NCBI RefSeq assembly: GCF_001194135.2
Contig: NC_068981.1
Span: forward strand, 56,499,541-56,543,666
Length of the DNA stretch: 44,126 bases
Direction of reading: 5' to 3'
Origin: Octopus bimaculoides
Lineage: Eukaryota
Shown in pieces: positions 35,540-44,126 of the stretch; the first letter of the stretch is position 1, and each line of letters opens with the position of its first letter. A program made the translations under genes and the position numbers. Under the pieces are notes generated by a model that was not told the DNA's origin, did no database searches, and worked only from the letters and a program-made list of their open reading frames with translations.

Positions 35540-38209
35540 TATTTTAGGTGAAACAGGCAAAATATTATCTTTTTACTGATANNNNNNNNNNNNNNNNNNN
35601 NNNNNNNNNNNNNNNNNNNNNNNNNNNNNNNNNNNNNNNNNNNNNNNNNNNNNNNNNNNNNNNNNNNNNNNNNNNNNNNNNNNNNNNNNNNNNNNNNNNN
35701 NNNNNNNNNNNNNNNNNNNNNNNNNNNNNNNNNNNNNNNNNNNNNNNNNNNNNNNNNNNNNNNNNNNNNNNNNNNNNNNNNNNNNNNNNNNNNNNNNNNN
35801 NNNNNNNNNNNNNNNNNNNNNNNNNNNNNNNNNNNNNNNNNNNNNNNNNNNNNNNNNNNNNNNNNNNNNNNNNNNNNNNNNNNNNNNNNNNNNNNNNNNN
35901 NNNNNNNNNNNNNNNNNNNNAATTTGAAATCAATATTAAGCTACTGAATCAAATTCAAATCAGCAGTGAATAAACATCTAACACTTCTAAATTAGAGAGA
36001 CAATTACCTTTTCTGTTTACAATTGTGATAAAACATTTTTAACAGCACTTACGTCTCCTTCGAAAACCTAATAGATGATGCAAGTTTCTTATTTAAAAAA
36101 ATAACAAGGAGCTAAGCTGCATCTCTTGATACAGAAAAATTCTCTAATGCTTATACAACCTTGTGTTCGCCATTTATTGTAGTTTTACGATTGTTTAAGC
36201 TGCACTGAACTTGTGACGTTATTTAAATAGATTAGCCAGAAATATCCCTTCGTTTTTATGCAAGTTTGCTAAGGTCATAAATGAATATAAAAAATTTCAA
36301 AAGTTTATAAATACCAATGCTTAAAAGTTCTTTTCTTTAGATGCATATCAATTGAACAAATAGTGAACAGAATATTTTAAAGAACGGCCTGGATTTTTGC
36401 TGTTCTTCACTTCTGCAGCTTTGGAAGATGGTGTTTGAATGCTAACAAGAATTTTAAATGTATTGCAAAAACCGTTATAAAAATGTATTTTGTTTACTTA
36501 AGTTGCATTTTGAGTGACAAATTAATTTGGAGTAAATGTAACCTAAACTTGATTTGCAGTTTCAAGCAGAAATATTTACAATTCGTATGTTAAAAAGTTT
36601 TTTGTGTTAAAGAGATTCTTGGTAATTTTATCAAACTAGAAATGTTGACAGCTAAATATATTAGTAGAATTAATATTAATGAACCTTAAGGTTAGCTGCA
36701 ATTTATGGTAATTCCACTGTAGAAAGTATATAATTCAAGAGAAAGTTCTCAAAAGACACTGCAAGAACTTTGAGTAAATATTTTAAATATCTGTTTGTCT
36801 TACAAAGCAGATGTTTCATATCCTTTTTATCTTGTGAACTGAGTGTGAAGTTCACAAGAGAAAAATGATGCTTGAAGCTTTGGACATAAAATCAGGTGTT
36901 TCATTTGTTATGATATTTTCTAAGTAGTCTGTGAAGAAATGTAAGGACAAATTGATAATGAATGGAGGGAACTGATACTGCAAAATCGACCTCCAGATGC
37001 AGAAAAAAAATTGGTTTAGCATGTCTCCAGACGGTTACGGCAAAAAATATTGCTTCTCTGTTTTTGTCAACAATTTATATATTAACATATTTTTACTACA
37101 TTATTATACAGTGAAGTTCAATGTTACTGGGTCTCTTAGGCAATATTAAAGTTCAAAATCGCGCTTCTTAGGAAGTATTTCACGTTAAATACATTAAGAA
37201 GATCTAGATCTTATTAAAAATCCAGTGCATTAACTACATGAAAAGGAGACCATGAAAAGTTTCGTGTCACAATACATGAAAAATTAAGAGTAGAAATAAA
37301 GCAGTTGACGAAGACTTTCTTTGATATTAAACGTATTTTTTTTCTGATTAAGATGTTTTATAATGTTTTTGTATTGATATTTAAAATACAGTACATTTTG
37401 CGTGTTTTTTTTTTTTGGTACCTTTCTGTACAAATTTTGGTACTATCCCTAAATAGACTTTGGCAACACTGATTACAACAAAAAATAGAAGAATTTGCTA
37501 GCAAACAGCTTACTTTTATTCTTCTATGCCGTTCAATCTTTTACCCTATACTCACAAGAAACAATAACAACTTTACCAACTGAAATCTCTATGCGTTTAT
37601 ATCAAGACCAATGAATTATTGAAACTTTTTTTCATGACTTTAATGCGAAAGGACATCTGACACGCTGTGCTATATTTTCAGGACTACCAGGATTGGTGGA
37701 CGGGAAGAAAAACCTCATTCTCACTCCAAAGAGCTCACTCAAAAGCTTGGGGAGATTTAAGTTCGCTAAATGTTTTAGAAGTGGTGGTGTAGAAAGCAAT
37801 GAATTAAGTCTACTACACACCAATATTCTCTTAATGAAAAAATCCAAATTTAACCCAGATGGCATTTAAAATAAAATAATAGCAAACAGAAAATAAATAC
37901 AGTAAAGCATTTAGTTTCTCTCATTAGCGCTTCTATTAATACATATCCATAGCCACTATTACATATTAACAATTTAGACGTTGTTTTGCCTCAGCTTAAA
38001 CAAGATTGTGTAGACCATTAATTAATTGCTTTCGATTTATAAGCACATAGAATTTATATTCAAACACAATGTATATCAGATTACATTATCCAAAGTAAAC
38101 TTCCTTCATTGTACGAAATCAAGATGTTATTTGGGGTAGATTTGGCTGCTTTTTCCAGCATGTTGAGTGGTTCTGTTGACGCTCTATCATTGACTCTATG
38201 AGAAGTAAT

Positions 38210-39412
38210 ATAACACTTCATTATCGTCAACTGTATAGTGAACGATCTGGATAAACTAGAGGCCAAAACACGGAAAGCAATGGAGAAAATGCACCACTCA
38301 AAAACGAATGTTGACAGATTGTATCTTCCAAGAGATGTTAGCCGAAATCTTTTCCAGTTAGAGCTAGCATACAAATCCACTACCATAGGGCTAGGGAAGT
38401 GTCCTGAAATTAGAGAGGCCTCTCTACCACAAATAGTAAAAAATCACGACGGAGGGGAAATCGTCTGCTTCACTACAAAAGAGGCCAAAAGGTATAGCGA
38501 AGAACTGGAAAAGCCAGAATTACAGCCTACTGAGCTTCAGGAGATCTCCGACTATGCCCGAAGAGTGACATTAGACGGTCAAAAATAAAGGACTAAAACA
38601 ACTAAGCGGAAAATCGTACGAAAAGGAAATGTATGGAAAATACACAACAGAAGTAAAGGAAAGGGAGACAATCAAGGGATACACAAATGGCTTAAAGCAG
38701 CTGGCCTCAAACCAGGATAGATGATCTCATCATTGCTGCACAAGACCAGAGCCTTCTAATAAAGTTATACCAACACAGAATAGTAAAAACGGCACCGACA
38801 CCCACTTTAGGATGTGTGGAAAGTTTGTCATCTTATCTACCATTGCCCTGAACTTGCTAAGACAGAATGCAACCAATGTTACAAAAAGGCAGTTTCATAC
38901 ATCCACTGGACGGCCTGCAATGAATATAATAACATCACGATCACCGAGAAATGGCATGAACATCAATCACAAACATTCATGGAAAATAGGAACACCGCTA
39001 TACTATGGGATACACCTAGTCATACAGTCAAGAAAATAACAGCAAGCCGTCTGGGCTGGATTATTAGGTATAGGGAGGAAAAAAAACACCACCAGAAAGA
39101 AGTACATCCGCAAAAGTCACCGAAAAATTATCAAAGTACTAAGACTTAGAGATAGAAATAAAATGGATGAGAGCAATGAAAATGAACTCTAAAATGACAC
39201 CTATCGTTATCGATGCTCTAGGAATGCGCAAATTCACCGACAAACTATCTGGTAACATCAACATTTGTGAGCTCAAGAAGATCAGCTACCTGAAAATAGT
39301 CCACATACTCAAAAAGATGCGCTACATTCAATAGTAACAACACATCATTTGACCCCTTAGAACCATTGAGTGGATCCCGGTTGAATAAGGAAAGAGCAGT
39401 AACACGAATAAA

Positions 39413-39413
<1 letters not shown>
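38210..39413 (+). mobile_element. R4/Dong-like RLE retrotransposon 3' part (decayed)
   Basis: NDLDKLEAKTRK..NVDRLYLPR; WLKAAGLK; AAQDQSL; MC.K..HLIYHCPELAK..IHW (CCHC); ILWD; ALG; terminal LKKISYLKIVHILKKM; then a 3' UTR. Confidence 0.88.
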
Positions 39414-39493
<80 letters not shown>

Positions 39494-39541
39494 GGCTGCT
39501 GCTGCTGCTACTGCTACTAAAACCACCACCACCACCACCAC

Positions 39542-39593
<52 letters not shown>
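39414..39593. repeat. Compound trinucleotide microsatellite (ACT)n(GCT)n(ACC)n(AAT)n
   Basis: Directly visible. Confidence 0.98.
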
Positions 39594-39594
<1 letters not shown>

Positions 39595-39720
39595 TCGATG
39601 AGCTCCAATAATCCAACATGTTGGGAACAGCTCACACATTCAGAAAGGTGTTTTCCATTAAATAGGAACAACAAACCATTTGGCGCCGTAGGGTCAAAAA
39701 GTCTACGGATAAAATGATGA
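39594..39720 (+). mobile_element. Extreme 3' fragment of a second R4/Dong-like copy
   Basis: ELQ*SNMLGTAHTFRKVFSIK* (stop 39663-39665) parallels the C-terminus of the preceding copy, followed by a related UTR start (caacaaaccattt). Confidence 0.8.
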
Positions 39721-40278
39721 GAAAGACACTCACAGGGACAATATTTGCCATTAAACACAAGCTACGAACGAAAATCTTTGTCATCATAAGAAATCACGTG
39801 AATGTAGAGCGATCAAATGTAAATTTATATTGAATACACAAACGGTATATTGCAGCATACCATTAACGTTTTAAATACCCTTCTTCCACAAGATCTGGAA
39901 TCATTCTGTTTATTAGCAGAATGTCATGAATGGCTATTTTGTCAGAAATCTTCAGAATGACAGTAATATAGACAACCAAATAAGTTTATATAGGATCAAC
40001 GACTATTGTATCAGCTTTCACTTTGATAGATATACTTTTGCAATCTAGGAGCAGGAAACACTATACCTGCTGTAGAAAAGGCATAGAGATGCTTGTAAAA
40101 TATGTATATGTGATAACGGGACCAGTGCAGACTGAGAAACTAACAAAATATGTGACTTATACCATAAGTATATGCCTTTGGGTGACATCACGATACTATT
40201 TGTCCATGAGCCATGCTATTGTGCTCGACGTACAATACATTACAATTCAACAATACAATCTACAAAGGGTCGTACTGA

Positions 40279-40339
40279 ATATAGAAATAGAGTAATGCAT
40301 ATAGAAATAGAGTAATGTATATAGAATTTACAGTAATGT
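40279..40339. repeat. 20-bp tandem repeat x3 (atatagaaatagagtaatgY)
   Basis: Directly visible. Confidence 0.9.
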
Positions 40340-40942
40340 AGAGATCACGCATTCTCACACACAATATGGAAGGATACTTAAGGAAAGAGCTTGCCAAATA
40401 GTGAAACGTAAACATTACACACCATCGCAAAGGTTCTAGGAGAAAGAAAACTGTGTCAGATGTCCAGTATTGGTGGAAAGTAAAAAGCGTTAAAGTTAAT
40501 GAAAACTAAAACATCTGTCGAATCAAAGGAAGACCTGTAGATATTATGACTAGAACATAAATTTTGATCTATATCTCTCATTATATTGCATCTGGTTATA
40601 TAGCTAACTGCCTCAGTAACTGCTATGGAAATTACAATTGCAAACAGCTTTGTCTGATATCTCTTGTCTTCCTGCATCCAGAGGCTTGTGAAGGTTTTCT
40701 CTACAAATATTCTATAGAAATTATAGCCAGCACTGATTTTTCTTACGATGTTTCATATCTGAGACGTCTGATGTGAACAAACAATGGGATCGAAGATGAA
40801 AAAGGGGGTAATGGGAGTGTATGCCATATTTCGGGAGATCTTGCCCCTTCATCAGCACCCAGGCTGTGAAAATATTCGTATTAATTCGAGTAGCGTATGT
40901 TGTAGCATTTTTCCAGAAATCATTTTAATATTCATAAGCACG

Positions 40943-40943
<1 letters not shown>

Positions 40944-40996
<53 letters not shown>
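40944..40996. repeat. (TATC)n microsatellite
   Basis: Directly visible. Confidence 0.98.
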
Positions 40997-40999
<3 letters not shown>

Positions 41000-41209
41000 A
41001 TGGACGGACGGTAGACGTGTCGGCTTCGTAAGTCTTGCCTTTTTTATGCTTTAAAAAGTTTGTTTGTAAGTTTAATTTTATATAGAAAGTTGTACAACAA
41101 CTTATAGACTCTGTAGTGCAAGTTTTTTGCAACGGAAATCTGCCCTGTGTGGCACATTTCCAGGTTTTAAAAATTAATTTCGGCTTTCTAGCCCTTTTTG
41201 TTTTGGACG

Positions 41210-41626
41210 ATGGCGTCTTGTAGCCATGAGAAATTTCGTCAAAAGAACGCTGAATTTTGCAGTGTTTCGTTCGAAAAAGAATTTCCTAGTCTTCCTTCTT
41301 CACAGTTAATCGAGAGAATGAAGAAAAAGGAAAAAGATTTCACACACACAGAGGTAAATGTTAATATGAAAGTTAACNNNNNNNNNNNNNNNNNNNNNNN
41401 NNNNNNNNNNNNNNNNNNNNNNNNNNNNNNNNNNNNNNNNNNNNNNNNNNNNNNNNNNNNNNNNNNNNNNNNNNNNNNNNNNNNNNNNNNNNNNNNNNNN
41501 NNNNNNNNNNNNNNNNNNNNNNNNNNNNNNNNNNNNNNNNNNNNNNNNAGAAGACGTCTCCAAAGTCTCTGACGTCAACACCATTTCTGCTGACGCCATC
41601 ATTACTACCACCACCAACAAACAACG

Positions 41627-41659
<33 letters not shown>

Positions 41660-42617
41660 GCAGCAGCAGCAACAGTTCAACTCAACCTTTACTCTCTTCA
41701 CCAGCAGCAAGCGAAAGAGAGGAAGGAAAAATGAATACAAGCCACAACACCACTGACACAGTCACAAATACCACATCTGCCACCAATACCAGTGCCAGCA
41801 CCACCACAACCACCACCACCAACAATAACAACAACAAAAATTTTGCAGACATGCTTAAACAAAAAAAGAAACTCTACATTTTACAAACAACGAACTCATA
41901 GAGACCAGGTCCCTTTTTTCTACGTCCGGACAAAATTTAATATTACATACACCAAAAGAAGTGAGAGAAGACGTAGAAAAAAGAACAGTTATTTACAAAA
42001 TAATAAGAAAAAGCAAAAAATTAACAAATCCAATTACAAAAACTGACATTGAGAAATGTGCCAAAAAAATTATGAAACTTAAAGAGTATATAAACTGGGG
42101 TTCGCAATATAATACAGTACAATTTCGATTTAATAATGAAGAAGAGGCGAAAATATATGGTATGGAAGCCTTACAAAATGATGAACTAATCATGGTCCCA
42201 TACTACATGGGGCAGAGAGTGAGTAGAATTAAAATAAATAACGTCCCTCCAGAAATTGAGTCCAAGTGTATTACTTCGGCGATATGTTTTCATTTGAAAA
42301 CAATCAATGTTTTAGAAACCACTGTTGTTCACAATGACAGTTGGACCGGAAAAAACATTGAAATCTTGATCCAGATGGATCAAGATTCACTGGAAAAGTT
42401 GCCGAATGTGATTCATTTGGAAAATGGACAAAGCCTCTATGTGGTGGCGGAGGGTAAAAAACCGCGTTGCTACCTCTGCGGAAGCCAAGAGCACCTAATT
42501 TCAAAGTGCGTTTTGTCACAAAAAAAGAAACAAGAACAGTTACAACCAAAACAAAAAATAAATAAAAAACAACCTTTGCTACCAACACCACCAAACCCAC
42601 AAGTGATCAACAAAGTA
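41210..42617 (+). pseudogene. LINE ORF1 (nucleic-acid-binding, CCHC zinc knuckle), disrupted
   Basis: ATG at 41210 (MASCSHE..EKEFPSLP); N/S/T low-complexity region; NFADMLK; a frameshift near 41860-41880 and an in-frame TAA at ~41937; RIKINNVPPEI; CYLCGSQEHLISKC (42468-42509). Interrupted by gaps. Confidence 0.8.
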
Positions 42618-43185
42618 NNNNNNNNNNNNNNNNNNNNNNNNNNNNNNNNNNNNNNNNNNNNNNNNNNNNNNNNNNNNNNNNNNNNNNNNNNNNNNNNNNN
42701 NNNNNNNNNNNNNNNNNNNNNNNNNNNNNNNNNNNNNNNNNNNNNNNNNNNNNNNNNNNNNNNNNNNNNNNNNNNNNNNNNNNNNNNNNNNNNNNNNNNN
42801 NNNNNNNNNNNNNNNNNNNNNNNNNNNNNNNNNNNNNNNNNNNNNNNNNNNNNNNNNNNNNNNNNNNNNNNNNNNNNNNNNNNNNNNNNNNNNNNNNNNN
42901 NNNNNNNNNNNNNNNNNNNNNNNNNNNNNNNNNNNNNNNNNNNNNNNNNNNNNNNNNNNNNNNNNNNNNNNNNNNNNNNNNNNNNNNNNNNNNNNNNNNN
43001 NNNNNNNNNNNNNNNNNNNNNNNNNNNNNNNNNNNNNNNNNNNNNNNNNNNNNNNNNNNNNNNNNNNNNNNNNNNNNNNNNNNNNNNNNNNNNNNNNNNN
43101 NNNNNNNNNNNNNNNNNNNNNNNNNNNNNNNNNNNNNNNNNNNNNNNNNNNNNNNNNNNNNNNNNNNNNNNNNNNNNNNNNNNNN

Positions 43186-44126
43186 GTAACCCGCGGGCCC
43201 TCAAGTCCATGTTTGGCGGACAATTCGACATTTATTTTTCTCCCTGTCTGCCAAACATGGGTGGTGGTAGTACCGCGGTGTTTTTTCGGAAGAGTCTGAA
43301 CCTAAAAGTAAGGCCAATATTCCTAGACCCGGAGGGTAGGCTGGTTGTCTTGGACGTCGATGGCACAAACGGATGTGCTTTCCGTCTGATGGCAGTGTAT
43401 GCACCGTCCTTAACGGGTCGGGCGGATTTCTTTAGACGTCTAGAGGTTTTCCTGGGAACGTCAAGACCTTTACTATTAGTAGGGGACTGGAAGGCTACCT
43501 TGGACACGCATCTAGACTATGTGAGAATGGATAGGAGTAGAAGGGGATGTAAGTGCCTTAAAGACCTGCTCAGACGTTTCCATTTGTCTGATAGGTTCCG
43601 ACTCGACCATCCGAACGTGCCAACGTGGACTTGGACAAACCGGGTCGGATCGTCGAGATCGTATCTAGATAGAGTTCTATGTAGGACAGCGAATAGAGAT
43701 AGTGTAGGATGTCCACAATTTAAAATAGTCAGCTACACGGATCACAAATTTGTGACGTGTACGGTCGACTTAGATAAAACACATAGGCAGGGTCCCGGTT
43801 ACTAGAAACTGAACGCTTCGCTCTTAGCGCAGCAGGTTTACAGGAACCGGATTAGCGAATTAATTAAGAGGGCGTTAACAGGAGCCACCGTTAACAACCG
43901 ATGGTGGTTTGCCCTGAAAATAGCAATTAAATCGGAATCTATTAGGTTAGTAAAGAACTAGCGATAGATCGAAATAGAATAAAGGGAGACTTAGTCAAGA
44001 AACTAGAAGAGGCACTTACAACTGGCAGCGCAACCAACGTTTTGGCTGCGAGGATGGCCTTCGACCAACACCTCAACGCCAAACACGAAGGTTGCGTCGT
44101 CAGAGCTAAAATGCGTGCCTTAAGGA
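43186..44126 (+). pseudogene. LINE ORF2 N-terminal AP-like endonuclease (Tx1/L1 type)
   Basis: GRLVVLDV, AVYAP, LVGDWKATLD, TWTWTN, SYLDRVL, YTDHKFV, GPGY*KLNASLL (TAG at 43803 in place of W), a frameshift near 43949, and EG.VVRAK. Confidence 0.93.

Larger units (their letters stand above)
40997..44126 (+). mobile_element. Tx1/L1-clade LINE (putative 5' UTR, ORF1, start of ORF2), continuing beyond the window
   Basis: Gag-like ORF1 with a zinc knuckle, followed by an APE-domain ORF2 on the same strand. The 5' boundary is inferred. Confidence 0.8.

Noticed and set aside
36824-36865. 17-bp inverted repeat with an 8-nt loop
   Set aside because: Real but short and AT-rich, with no context suggesting function.
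39245-39758. Poly-Thr/Ala/Asn or poly-Leu/Val ORFs
   Set aside because: Compound triplet microsatellite between retrotransposon ends.
39950-40780. Possible decayed PLE GIY-YIG region
   Set aside because: Cys-containing fragments in different frames do not assemble into a convincing motif order.
41961-43805. 614-aa ORF in the track as a single protein
   Set aside because: It fuses LINE ORF1 and ORF2 through ~570 Ns; the frame continuity is an artefact of gap length.

Overview
This is eukaryotic, AT-rich, gap-containing draft-assembly sequence made almost entirely of repeats. The microsatellite density and SINE families look like a cephalopod (Octopus-like) genome; that is inferred from memory of such sequence, not from a search. 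No host protein-coding gene can be confidently identified. Most long entries in the ORF track are artefacts of microsatellites and N-gaps. Supportable content: two tRNA-headed SINE families in multiple copies; CR1/L2-group LINE fragments; three Penelope-like element (PLE) fragments, two with hammerhead-ribozyme-like motifs; three R4/Dong-like RLE retrotransposon fragments; a decayed mariner; a Tx1/L1-like LINE that runs off the window end; a ~277-bp near-perfect palindrome; many micro- and minisatellites; nine N-gaps. The most interesting observations concern relationships between elements: one SINE shares its 3' tail with a LINE in the same window, that SINE carries an expanding internal microsatellite, elements stack into (AAT)n arrays, and a minimal hammerhead has a variant core. 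I found no convincing wholly new biological system.
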